Positions 31,172-44,700 of a stretch of 64,000 bases of DNA are shown here, in pieces (position 1 is the stretch's first letter; each line of letters opens with the position of its first letter). The stretch lies in NCBI RefSeq assembly GCF_009914755.1, contig NC_060942.1, one strand, 5' to 3'. The position numbers were made by a program, and so were the translations under genes. The DNA comes from the human T2T-CHM13v2.0 reference genome, Homo sapiens. Under the pieces are notes generated by a model. It was given only the letters and a program-made list of their open reading frames with translations. It ran no database searches and was not told the origin of the DNA.

Positions 31172-31570
31172 CTGTATGTTAGTTTGTATCTGTCTAGAAG
31201 TTAATCCTCTGAGAAAGATTCTGGTGCAAGTAGTTTAATTGTGAGGCTCAGGGCAGTTTGTGTCAAAGGGAAAAAGTAAAGACAAAACAGTCAATAAAAG
31301 ATTGTCATCAATACAGCTGTTACCATGGGTAGGTAACTGGAGCTTAACCTGAGAATGCATTTAAAGCACAAGCCATAGATTTACCTGATTCATGGGGTGA
31401 GGAAACTGGGATATACGCACATCAACTTCTATCAGTCATTGCTTGAATGCTGCTCCCAGCGTTCCCAGACACTTACAGTCTGTCTTCCACAATTTAGAAA
31501 AAGGCCTTATGCAAAGAGATGCAGATGCTGGCTGCAGAATTCCTGGAGGCTGCAGGCAGGGCACTCACCG
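31172..31570 (-). mobile_element. LTR33-like remnant
   Basis: GAAAGATTCTGGTGCAAGTAGTTTAATTG...GGGGTGAGGAAACTGGGATAT...CAGTCATTGCTTGAATGCTGCTCCC. Confidence 0.6.
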
Positions 31571-31619
31571 CTGATGCTCAGTGGTTGCTTTGCTCATATC
31601 TGTTTGAGAGTGTGCATAA

Positions 31620-33830
31620 AATGAATTATTTTCAGGACAAATATAAAATTATGAAAGCTGAACTCAGAAAATAAAATCTAAACAGACAAATTGCCATACA
31701 AGTAAAGAGAAAATAGCCAAGTGATTTACTACCCCCATTACCAACTTCTAGGCTTGAAAACAAAACAAAACGAACAAGAAAAATAGACTTAAGTTTCAAA
31801 AGAAGAATTTAGCCAAATCGTTAAGGAACGTACAGCACTAGCATGATTTAGAGAGAGTGCAGAGGAAAAACAAAGAAGACTCAGAAAAGCTTTTGAGTAA
31901 AGCAAAAGAAAATATTAGTGAATGAAAACGAATACTGTGTTCCTGGTAAATACACTTTACACTAAAAACACACCAATCTTGCTAAGTAGTTTATGAATTT
32001 AACAATCACAATTTTTAAAATAGCACAACAATTATCAGGAAAATTAGATGAAAACAAAGAAAAATAATGCAGATAATTTTAAAAACATTAATAGGAGGAA
32101 CAAATTCTGAATAGAGAATAATAATCTGTAACTCTCTCATGCAATATTGAAACATGTTATAAAATTACAATAATTAAAATTGGTTGGTAATACCAGATGA
32201 ACAGGCAAACAGATAAGGAAAGATATTTGAACATCTTAAAATGTATAGACAATCATAAATATATGATTCATGTACATAGAGTATATGAATCACATATACA
32301 CATATGACACGTATTCACACATTCATATACACATGTGTATACACAAACATTGGTGTGCACAGCACATACGTAGATAAAAATACATAAACATAAACGTAAT
32401 TATACATAATAATTGTGTGATGGTAATTGTTAACAATGTATTTACAGAGGAGAAAAAAAGCTTTGATTTTTTGCAAATTTCTGTGATGTAATTACTCCAC
32501 CATGATAAATTCCAAGCTATATACTTGATGTTACCAAAAGCAGAATTAGAGATGTATATATCTATAGTTGTGCATCACCTTAAGAGAATAAATAATAGTA
32601 AAATTATTAGATAGGAAAATTTAAAATATTTATTACTTTTGTTTTTGGTATAATTTGCTTAAATTAATGCTGATAATTTGACTTTAAATAATGACTATAT
32701 TTAAGAACTGGCTTCATAAGTCTTAGATATTTAACAGTTTTCTCTTAGGGGCCAGTAAAAACCAGTCCTACATATGAAGACATACACAGGAATTTTGAGT
32801 AGGATAATTTTAAGAATAAAATGAGTTATCATATATAAAGTGTTGAGGGTTGGCTGGACCATAGTAAAGTTCTTCAGTACCAGCTTAACATTTGATTACC
32901 AAATTAATATTTGGTATACAGTAAAGATGGCATTACAAACAAGTAGGAAAATCGATTATTTAATATATGATTTGGAGACAGCTTATTCATAATCTGAAAA
33001 AGTGATAAGCTGGATTTCTGTTTCCAGTTAATACCAAAATAAAAGACAAATGGATGAAAATTTAAAATGTAAGACAAGAAATGTAAAAGTCCTAGAGAAA
33101 TATAATAGTTGTTCATATGTGTTCTTGGTCTGTGGGTGGATTTTGGAAGTACCGCCTATGAAGGGACATAAAAGTAAATATTGATACAATTTAGTTACAT
33201 AAAAAAATCTAAATTCTCCAAATCAAAGATATATACAGTAAAAAATCAAATAATGAACTGTAAAATATTTGGAACTCAGAGTGCAGAACAGGGCTTAATT
33301 TCCTTAATATAAGAACAGCTTTTAAGATATAAATTGATCTCATAAAAATCAATAAGCAAAAGACTATGTATGAAACCAATAATAAAAATGGGCCAAGTAA
33401 ACCACTCAAATTCATTTTGAAATGGGAGACACTAATTAAAACTTATCTTATTGGTAAATAACAAAATAATTTATTACTCGAAGTGTTGGTGAGATTACCA
33501 GGTAATGGGTATTCTTATAAACTGTTGGTAGAATACAAATAGGTGCAGTCTTTGTGGAGTACAATTTGGCAACATCTAATCAAATTTTTTAAAATGCATG
33601 CTCTTTGAGTTAGTAAATGCAATTTTTTAAATTTATGTATACCTGGATATATACAAAATATATCTGTGCAACTGGTAACAGTGGTTGCCTTCCAAGAGTG
33701 GAATTAGATTACCTAAAAAAAGGATGGGAAGAAGGCTTAATTTTCTTTATACTGTACAACTGTTTTTATCTTTTGAATTTGATATTAGATGCATGTGTTA
33801 ACTATTGAAAATGAAAATAAAATTAATTTT
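31620..33830 (+). mobile_element. Scattered L1ME-age remnants
   Basis: AAGTGTTGGTGAGATT...ACTGTTGGTAGAATACAAATAGGTGCAGTCTTTGTGGAGTACAATTTGGCAACATCT. Confidence 0.55.
32412..32780 (-). mobile_element. MER63-type hAT-Blackjack element
   Basis: TTTGCAAATTTCTGTGATGTAATTACTCCACCATGATAAATTCCAAGCTA. Confidence 0.6.
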
Positions 33831-34320
33831 TAATTACATGGGAAACAGATCATCTCATATACAAACAATAAAACAGAAAAAAGCAAAGACAGAACCAAAT
33901 TGAGTGGTCATTTCAGGTATTTTCACAAGTATTGTTATATTGTTTCACAAATATAATTGAATAACTCTTGAGATAAAGATCTGGCTTGAGAATTCAACAT
34001 CTTTCGGCACCATCATGGGAAGCAATTTTCCTTTCATAACTGAGTATCAAATAGTATGATGATAATGTCCTAATGTTCAGAAGCCATAATTTAGTTCAGG
34101 TATTGTTCAACTTTTCTCTTATGGAATGCTCTATGCAAATCTTACAGGAGTGGAAACAGTTTAAAGAGAATGTTACTGAGAGGGTGTGATGGCCTCTACA
34201 AGTCCTCTTATTGTGTAATATTTTATAGCATAGATGACATACTTATAAGTTTACATTTGGGAAATAAATATTTCAAGATGCCATCACTGCTAATTAAAAG
34301 GAACCCACATATGATGAGTT

Positions 34321-34368
34321 GATTGAATTTAAAAGTGAGTCTAGATTGAATTTAAAAGTGAGTCTAGA
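34321..34368. repeat. Perfect 23-bp tandem duplication
   Basis: GATTGAATTTAAAAGTGAGTCTA twice, followed by GA. Confidence 0.95.
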
Positions 34369-35342
34369 GTGCATGTCAGCTTCCAGGATCCCATGGTGTA
34401 ACCGAAATATTGTCACATTAAAGTCTTCCTCTGATCCCACATTCCAAGATGTAAAAGTTACAGTTGTCTCCATTCAATACTCAAGCAGTTATATTTCAAG
34501 CTTAACATAATTCGAGACTTTAAAATCCCCAGATATGAAAAAAATCCTCAATAAAAGTGATTATTATTAATAACATTAATAATACTACTTAATTCCTTTC
34601 GTATGCTCATTTTTCTCTATTTTTGTAAATGAATTTGAAAAATACATTTTCATTTTCTCAGGCACCATTCTATCAAAATGAAACATTGCTTTGCAGATTT
34701 AATGAAAAGCAACAGTTCCAATAAATGAATAGGACAAGTCCAACAAATGAGAATGGACAAACTAGTTTAAGCAAAAATGAGAATTGTCCCAATCTCAATT
34801 TTATCCTGGTGAATCTTAATTAGAGTTGTGGTAAGCTGCATTAGTGTTAATAAGGATTAATGTCATAGTGATAAGCAGAACATACAAATCAATAAATGCT
34901 GCTGTATCAATATATGAACAGAGACGCAAATAGCCATTTGGGTTCTTAACAGTGAACTTGGTAGGGAGTTAAATACTTGTTATGTGGATTTAATATATTT
35001 GAGAAGTAGGTGAGTCTTGCTTGTACACTACAGTCTAACATTGCCTAAAGAACAGTGCTGTGAAACTTCACAGACAAATGGAAACCTTAAATGATTTATA
35101 AACTTGCTCAGAGGGGTTATTTCACAACTCTGCCACAGTTTGAAGTCTTGCCCCTAGGTATTTAGGGGAGCAGAATGGTGATTATCAATCAATCTAATGA
35201 GTTTTTACTGATTATTACTATGGAACTGAGAATTGAGTTCTGTCCCCCTCTGAGAGGTACAATAGTCACTTAAACAGCTTAAACTTTTACAAAGGAGAAA
35301 AAAATACATTAAAAAACCCATAAAACAATTATAAAGTAGTAA

Positions 35343-35782
35343 GTATCAGTTAGGCTTAATTTTGGATTCAAGTGAAAAAAGAGCTAAAAAGTAGTGGCTT
35401 AAAGAAGAGAGAGATTTCTTTCAAAAATAAAGCAGTCTGGGAAGTGTATGGGATTTCCATACACTGGAAAAACCCAGAAGCATTCCAGTTCTCTGTACAG
35501 CCGTTACTTGATGTGGCCTCCAACTTAATGGTCAAGGATGGGTCCTGCTGGAGGTAGCAGGTGGTGGAAGGAAATAGAAAGGTGTGACTCTTCATTTTAA
35601 AAAAGCTCCATGAAGTCATATACGTCAATTCCTATACTTGATTGAACCACATATGGTCACGTGCAAAGAGGTTGGGAAATGTAATCTTCATCTGGTTGAC
35701 CATCAACCAGCTAGAAACCGATTTCATTACTAACAAACAAGAAGTGAATGTATACTGGAAAACAAGTAGCAGCTTCTGCCAA
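35343..35782 (-). mobile_element. Old MLT1 (J/K-like) LTR
   Basis: AGTAGTGGCTTAAAGAAG...ATGGTCACGTGCAAAGAGGTTGGGAAATGTAATCTT. Confidence 0.6.
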
Positions 35783-36194
35783 AAACACAGGAAGAAATAA
35801 ATCATTGAATCATGTGGACCAATATTTAACTATTAAAGAAATTCAGAAAAGGAGGCTATCAGTGTGAGATGAAGAAACCAGGAAAGGAAATTTCTTAATG
35901 TTGTGCAGAAAAGTTTGTCATTCAGATTTATTTAAACTTTCTGTTTGCTCTTATTTTTTATTCCTCATTATGAAAGTGGGAACATATGAGCAGAGTTCTA
36001 AGTAATATGTAAAATTTGTAATGGTGAAGGGAAGAGGAGAGAGTTAGGAGTAAGAATTAGTTGAAGAAATAATTGAAAGTGACATTGAGAATATGTGCAG
36101 TAACTATGAAGAAATCTTATAGAGCCTAGATAGATGTTGCATATCAGATGCTGTGTACATGATTATTAGGCTTTATTAAAATTGGATCTATTAG

Positions 36195-36627
36195 TCTTAA
36201 TAGTCTGAGTTCCCAAGATAAACAGAACATATACATATATTTATATTATAAGGAATTGGCTCCCAAAATCTTCAGTCTAAAATCTGGGGACCCAGGAGAC
36301 TTGATGGTATAGTTTCAGTCTAAGTCCAAAGGCCTGAAAACCAGGAGAGCCAGTAGTGTAAATTTCAGGCTGAGTCTGATTCTAAGGTCAGAAGACCAAT
36401 ATCCAAGCTTGAAGACAGTCAGAGAGGGAATTATTTTCTATACAACCATTTTATTCTATTCAGGCCTACAGTGGATTGGAGGGAGCAAGCTTCTACATTC
36501 ACTCTGCCAATTCAAATGTCAATCTCATCAGAAACACCCTCACAGATACATCCAGAAACAATGTTAAATCAAATATCTGACCACCCCATTGCCTAGTCGT
36601 GTTGACACATTAAAATTAACCATCAAA
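36195..36627 (-). mobile_element. MLT2 (ERVL) LTR
   Basis: TATAAGGAATTGGCTC...GTCCAAAGGCCTGAAAACCAGGAGAGCC...GTTGACACATTAAAATTAACCATCA. Confidence 0.8.
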
Positions 36628-36979
36628 ATAGATGCAGAAGAGTTTCCTGGCCTAGAATCCTTAGATCTGCATGTTCATGAGAAAGATTATATTAGCTCAG
36701 CTAATGGTCATTAGAATTAAGAGTATAGATTTTTAGTAGCCAAACTTGAAATAAACAAATATGTAAACCAAAAGGCCAATTAGTTAATTCCCACTAGTTG
36801 CTCCTATTTATTTTATTTGTTATGTATTCAACAATTTCCCTATGAAATAATTATTGATGACAGAAACATAAGTATAAAATTTTAAAATTAAAAAATATAC
36901 ACATATAGAACAGTGAGATACTCAAAAGACATCTTCAAAGCTCTGTGTGTATGAATGGAGCAAATAAATAGGTAGGCAA

Positions 36980-37334
<355 letters not shown>

Positions 37335-37834
37335 TTATTGGTTAATTCCCAATGTCAGCATCTGTTTCACGTTCTTCAGAATTGATCAGTTTCATCAAAG
37401 ATAAATCATCCATCTTTCTGCACTTAGACACTCTTTGATTTCATCTTCCATAAGACAAGACATTTGCACTCCACTACATATCAGTCTTCAGAATTCAACC
37501 AACAGTCCTCTGCTGGCATTGAAGAATACTTATGGTTATCTAACTGCCTCTTAGACAATTTTCAGTCAATTTTCTTCTTTTTCCACAACCATCACTGTGA
37601 ACCTCAGAGTTCCTGAACTTACCATGTTTCTGTGGCACAAATTGTTTTGTTGCTTGTTGGTTTGCTTTTAATTGGTTTCCAATACTTTCTCTTCCCACTC
37701 ATGCTTTGGTTTCATTTTCTTGTGTTTTTCTAGGGTAATTATCAGTTACTCAATTATTCTTTACTTTTTTATTTATTCATTAACATTCAATATGCCTTAT
37801 ATATTCCTTAACCCTCATTTCACTAAAGTTTTAT

Positions 37835-37893
37835 GCTAAATTGTGTAATAAGGTTTTTTATCAGCTAAATTGTGTAATAAAGTTTTTTAATCA
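37835..37893. repeat. ~29-bp tandem duplication
   Basis: GCTAAATTGTGTAATAAGGTTTTTTATCA then GCTAAATTGTGTAATAAAGTTTTTTAATCA. Confidence 0.9.
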
Positions 37894-38582
37894 TCTCTAC
37901 TCATCATTTTCAATCATTCTTTTTCCTTAATAAAGGCATTGAAGTTGACAAATTTCCTACACACAACCGAATAGCATAGGCTTGTAATCTAGAACTGACA
38001 CTCTAGTTCATATAAGTTCTTATTTCCATTATGATTTCTTCATGACATAGATTTTACACATTTTTAAACTTAACAAACAGGTGGAACATTTCATTAACTG
38101 ATAGGTTCTTTATTTCAAAATTTATAGTGTATGATCAAAGAATGGCATTTGTTTGCACCAAATCTTTTGAATTTGATATTTGTGGCCTAATATATTTTCA
38201 GAATTTTATGATTTTTTTTGAAGAATAAAGTGACATTTATTTTTCTGTTAACGTCTTACTTTAAGTTTTAATTCTAATATATGTCATATTAATATTGCTA
38301 CCTTAGGTTTATTTTGGTTTCCATTGGTGTATATATATGATATGTGCGTATATATATATATGTGTGTATCAGTTTATTTGAAGTATTTTGCATAATGTCA
38401 TTTTATATGTATTTTGTATAAACTGTACAATGCTGAACTTTCAAGCTTAACATAAGAACCTCTGAATTATAATGAGTGATCCATTTATACTTTTTCTTAC
38501 TACTATATATTTAGGCTTTGCTGTCTTTTTCATATATTCCACCTTTTATGGACATATATTTTATTTCATTGTGTCTCATTAT

Positions 38583-39613
38583 ATTAGAGTTTTTGTCTGG
38601 CACGGTAGGGTCAGATTGCAAAAATGACTGTGCTGGTTGAAACTATGCAAGCAATATTAATAATCAAGGAAAATATTACAATTATTTTGTCTCCTATAAA
38701 TTTTTATTAAGAAATTCAAAACTGTCCATTATAAATGTATAGAAAAAATTAAAAATTACATTAATTGCTACTAAAATTACACTAATAGTTGCTCAGTACA
38801 TTGTAATTTCAAACATTGAAAACATTGAGAATTAAAGTATTTTCTTTATTTGCAAAAATATGAATAATTTTTTGACCAGTACTTGCCTTCCCATTGTGTA
38901 AATTGAGTTTAACTGAGTGAACATATTTTCTGTGTCATGAATACCAATATTTTATACATTGTGTTTTAACATCGTGAAACATCTTCTAGGGTTACTTTAA
39001 TATGAAGCTTTTTGCTGATTTCACTTCCTATGGAACATCTCCAAATTTTTTTGTCGCTATTGCTTACCTAATTTATGTTGTTTGTCTTTATTAAGTTCTT
39101 TTGGCTGCATATCTAGAATCTCTTAAATAATATCAATGTCAACATTTCCCTGATAATCAATTTCTTCTATAACTCTATTTACATTAATTCAAATTTCCCT
39201 CCCAACATATTTTTATTCCTTTGCTGCTCTTTTGTCTTTGTTGTCCAATTCTCACTTTTGATTATTTATTTTTTAAGTTGGCACATGGCTTAACACTCAG
39301 AAACAAGGAGAAAACAAAACTACGCATTTGTTCTCTGTGCATAAACTTAATAATAGACATGCAATAACCACTCTCAGCCAACTTTGAAAGAAGTGACATG
39401 ATGCAACTGATCATGATGTACATAATTTATTTATGTAGTGATTTGTGGCCTGAAGAGCCAGCAAGAAAGTTTGTATTTTTTGCAATTACTCACAGCTAAT
39501 ACATGTTGTAAATAAAATTTAAATCATGTTATAGGATCTCATTTTATTTAACTAAGCCATGGTAACTGAAATTCATGCATATTAGATCTATGCAAAGCAA
39601 AGACCTGCCTGTA
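38583..39613. mobile_element. Tigger6-like DNA transposon (~1 kb)
   Basis: Left end GCACGGTAGGG...AAAAATGACTGTGC...GAAACTATGCAAGC; right end TATGCAAAGCAAAGACCTGCCTG|TA. Confidence 0.65.
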
Positions 39614-39699
39614 TTATTTGTACATTTTTTTCTACTAATGGTTTGACAGTTATGCATTTGATTTGTTAATCTTATATTCACTCATATATTTTTAAAAAC

Positions 39700-40440
39700 A
39701 TATTTGTAGAAGTAAGAAACACATACAGAAAAGTCCACACTCATAAATGGACAACTTAATAACTTATTACTAAGTAAACCATGATACCACAACACAGATA
39801 AAGAAATAAAATGTTATCAGCTTCCCAGAATGTCCTCCCTTCTATCAGAGACTCTTCCTTCTTTACCAAAGCTAACTTCCATCCTGATTTAAATTACAAC
39901 ATATATGCTTGACTGTTTTTCACTTTACTTAAATGGAAAAATGCAATATATATTCATTTGTATCTGTGTTCCTTTCCTGAACATATTTGTGAGACACAGC
40001 TATGTTGTGTGCAGATGCAGTTTATTTGATTTTACTAGATAGAGTAAAACCTTTATTTGAATAAAAACATTATTTATTTATTCTACTGTTTGGGAGTTTA
40101 ATGTTAGTTTTTTTGTCTACTACAGACATTTTTGTGCGTCCCTTTTTGTACACGTGAGCACTCATGGGTATACATTAGGTGCATACTTAATAGTAGATAT
40201 TCTGGGCCATAGGTAAGCATAACATTTAGATTTAACAGTTTTCTAGATATATGCATAAATTTACTTAATCAGAAAGAAGAATGATTCTAGAACTTCTAAA
40301 AGAAGTCCTAATTGCTCCATATAATTCTGTCAACACTTAGTATTGTCAAACTTTACTAAAATTGTCTTTCTGATTATTTATTGGTATGTTTTAAATTTGC
40401 ATTTCCCCTATTTCTAGTGAAATTGAGAACCAGTTTATTA
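39700..40440 (-). mobile_element. L1ME-type 3' fragment
   Basis: ACATACAGAAAAGTCCACACTCATAAATGGACAAC...CAGATAAAGAAATAAAATGTTATCAGCTTCCCAGAA. Confidence 0.7.
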
Positions 40441-41715
40441 AACTCTGTATTTTGAAATACTTTTAAATTTAAAGAGGAGTTTAAAATAGTAAAGTTTTTT
40501 TATTGCTTTTAAATAAACTATATATTTTATGTGTATTTCACCAGTTTTTCTGCCTATGTCCTTTTTCTATTGAAGGATCCAGTTCAGAATGCCACATAGC
40601 ATTTATCTGTCATGTCTCTTTAGTGTCCTTGAGTCTGTGACAATTTCTCAGTATTTTCTTTTTTTGTCATGAGCTTGACACTTTTGATGAGCACCAGCCA
40701 GGTGTTTTGTAGAAAATTCCTCAATTTGGCTTAATGTAATGTTTTCTCTTGATTAGACTGTGGCTATGGATTTGTTAAAAGTTTGCCAAAGAGGTAAAGT
40801 GCTCTTCTAATTGCATATCAAGTAGCACATAATATCAAAAAGGCTTACTGCTGGCTATGTTAATCTTAAACATTTGGTTGTGGGAGTATCTTCCTGATTA
40901 CTCCACTGTAAAGTTACTATGTTCCTCTTTCTCTACTCTGTGTCTTGCTATTGAGACACTAAGTCTGAACCACAACAAAAGGGAGAGAAATTAAGCTCCA
41001 CCTTCTGGAGGGAGACATATCAAAGAATTTACGAATATATTTAAAACTGTCTCAGTTATTAATACATATTATTGGAAATCACTTTAAGGATATGTAAATT
41101 TCCCATATCCCTTTCAAGTTTAACCTACTAATGTTAGCTTTCATCAGTGGATCTTGCCTGAAGTAATTATTACTGCAGTATTCTAATAATTATTTTTATT
41201 TCCCTCATTCTTTCTACATTTATTTATTGAAATTCTTCTAGGCGGAAGATTATTCCATGCTACTTATTATCTAATTGTTTAATTATTAATCAATTATTTA
41301 TTTATGTAAGTATAATATATAATTTTAAAATCTTTAAATTATGATTCATTACTCTCTGTATTTTTTTATTGCTTAATCTGCTATTGCTTTAGCCATTGGA
41401 AATTATTTCATATTATCTCCTGTGTGTTCTCTTAAGATACTGCTTTATTTCTATTTTTACTTCCTTAAATTCTAGATTTTCCAGAAGATTATCTTAGTGA
41501 GCATTCCAGGTACACTTGAAACTTTTGTGTATTCTACTTTGAGATGGAGAGCTCTACAAATGCCAATTAAATTAGGTTAGTTGATAGTATTCTTCAGATT
41601 ACCTATATTCTTACTGATGTGGTACCCATTTATTATCTTAATTGCTGACAGAAAGATGTTGAGTTTTCTATTATAATTTTGGGTTTATCTTCTTTATTTC
41701 AAATATCAGTTTTGG

Positions 41716-44700
41716 AGTGTTCATCAATACATGAACAGATAAAGAAAATGTGGCATATGTACATAGTAAAATACTATCTAGCTTTAGGAAAAAAGGAATT
41801 CTATCATTGGCAATGACATGAATTAACCTATAGAATTATGATAATTGAAAAAAAGACAGGCAAAGAAAGACAAATAATGCATGACCTCAATTTATGTGGA
41901 ATCTAAAAAGGTTGAACTCATGGAAATAGAGTAGAATGGGTGGTTGCCAGGGGCTGACTTGGGGGCTGGGAGTGGGATGGGGATATGTTGATTAAATGAT
42001 ACAAAATTTCAGTAAGACAAGAGGAGTAAGTTTAGCTGTATTGTACAAAAGGTGATGATAGTTAAAAAATATATAGTATGCTTGAAAACTGGTAAAAATA
42101 TAGATCTTAAATGTTCTTACCACAAAAGAGATAAATATGTGAGGGAATAACTATATTAGCTTGATTTAGACTTTCCACAATGTATTCCTATATCAAAACA
42201 TCATGTTGGCATGACAACACCAAGATGTTTGACTACAAGTATCTAGTACTCATCTACAAAAGAAGAAAGAAAATAACAGGTAAATTACTAGACTTTGAGT
42301 AGAGTATCTAAGTGTGAATGCTGGAGTTTACCAAGGAAGTGAGAAAACGCTCTGAAGCACAGGAACACGTGATAATAGCATAAAGAGGGAAGTAAAGCAC
42401 TTGGCCAAGATCAGCTCGTAGCCAAAAAGACTCCCTTTTATGAGGAAAAAGTAAGTAGAAGATCCCCAGAAGACACCATTAATTACTGAAAATGCCTGGA
42501 ATCTTAGAGAAGAGCCCTTCAGTCCTCACAGGCCCTCAGCTGAGTACAGAAAACTGCCTGGAATCCATGTGGCAACATTGCCTGCAGAAAGGAAGTCATG
42601 CTGGGCTCCCTCCCACTCCACAGGACCCAAGCTGCTATTCCATGGTACCATTTTGAGAACAGAGAGACTGCTAGAAAGCATTCTGTTCTGGGGACCAGTA
42701 GCCCCTGCATCTCCACATCCCTGAGGCCCTCCTATCATCTCACTATGCCCACACAAAAGGATGTAATGCCATGACAAGATGATATATTAAAAATGCTAAA
42801 AAAAATTCTAGACAAAAATACTATATCCAGTAAAGCTACGTTTCAGAAAAAAAAGGAGAAATTACTTATTTCCCAGACAAGCAGAAACAAAGAAAATTCA
42901 TTACAACTAGGCTGGCCTTGAAAACTATTATGAGGAAATCCTACATCTTGTAGTGAAAGGATGATAACTTCTATTAGGAAGGCATAAAAAGTACGAACGT
43001 CACAGGTAGAGCAGATGGATAAATAAGAAAGAGACAGAAATCAAATTTTATCATTGCAAAAAACTCTCAAACTGCAAAGATAAATAATGAGACAGGAAGA
43101 AGACACTAATGGGTGTACAGAACAACCTGGAAAAAATTAACAAAATGACAGGAGTATGTCCTCACCAATAAATAATATCATTAAATGAAAACAGATTAAT
43201 TACTCAATTGAAATATATAAACTGACTTAATAACAATACAAAATGCCACTATATGTAACCTACATGAAACTCACTCCACATATAAAGACACACAGAATGA
43301 AAGTGAAGTGATAGAAAAAGATATTCTATGCAAACAGAAGTTAAAGTGAGCATGAGTAATTATACTTATATCAGATAAAATAGACTTTAACTTAAAAACT
43401 ACAAAAAGAGACAAAGAAGGCTATTATATAATGATAAAGGGATCAATTTAGAATGGGAATATAATTGTAAATGTAATCACCCAATACAAGAGCACCCAGG
43501 TATATAAAGCAAATATTGTTTGATTTCAAGGGAGAGATAAATGCCAATTCAGTTATATCTTGGAACTATATTTGCAATACTCTACTCTGAGCATTATACA
43601 GATCATTTAGGCAGCAAATTGACAAAAAAAAATTGTATTTATACTCCACTATACACCACATAGACCCAACAGACCTTTATAGAACATTTTACCAAACAAT
43701 TGCAGAATACACACACTTCTCATCAGCATATAGAACATTTTCCAGAATAGAGCACATCTTAGGCCACGAATCAATTGTCAAGAATTCAAAAAATACAAAT
43801 AACATCAAGTATATTTTATAACAAATTAGAAACAAAATATATAATGCATAAATGTAGAAAACAATAACAAAACTGACTTTGGAAAATACACAAATAGAAA
43901 TTAAACAATATACTCCTGAATAACCAATAAGTCAGTGAAAAAATTAATAATAAAATGTATAAAGGTCTTAAAATAAATAAAAATGGAAATAAGACATACC
44001 AATATCTATGGGATAGAGCACTAGCACTACAAAGACAGAAGTTTATAGCAATAAACATCTATAAAAAAGATTAGAAAGATTTTAAATCATCTAACAATGT
44101 ACCTAAATGAACTAGAAAAGCAGTAACAGATCAAATCCAAACTTAGTAGAATAAAATAAATGATAAAGATCACATCAGAAATAAATGAAATTGAGACTAA
44201 GAAATGAATGTAATAAAAAAGTGTTTATTTGAAAAGATAAACAAAATTGTTGACACTTTAGGTAGAATAAGTAAGAAGAAAAGAGAGAAGACCCAAATAA
44301 AATCAGAAAGGAAAAAGGAGACATTACAGCTGATAACACAGAAATATAACATATCATTTGAAACTTATGAACAATAATATGCCAATGAATTGAAAAACCT
44401 AGAGACAATTATTAAATTACTGGACACATACAACCTGCAAAGATTCAACCAGAAATAGAACACTTGAATAGACCATTAGCATAGCAAAATTGGGTCAATA
44501 ATAAAAAGTCTGTCAACAACAACTACAAAAAGCCCAGGACTGGATGGCTTTACTGATGAATTCTATCAAAACTTTAAAGAACAATTAATGCCAATTATTC
44601 TCAAGATATCCCAAAAATTTTAAGAGGAAAGAATTCTTCTCAACTCATTCTACAATGTCATCATTGCTGTGATACCAAAACCAGACAAGTTCAAAACAGA

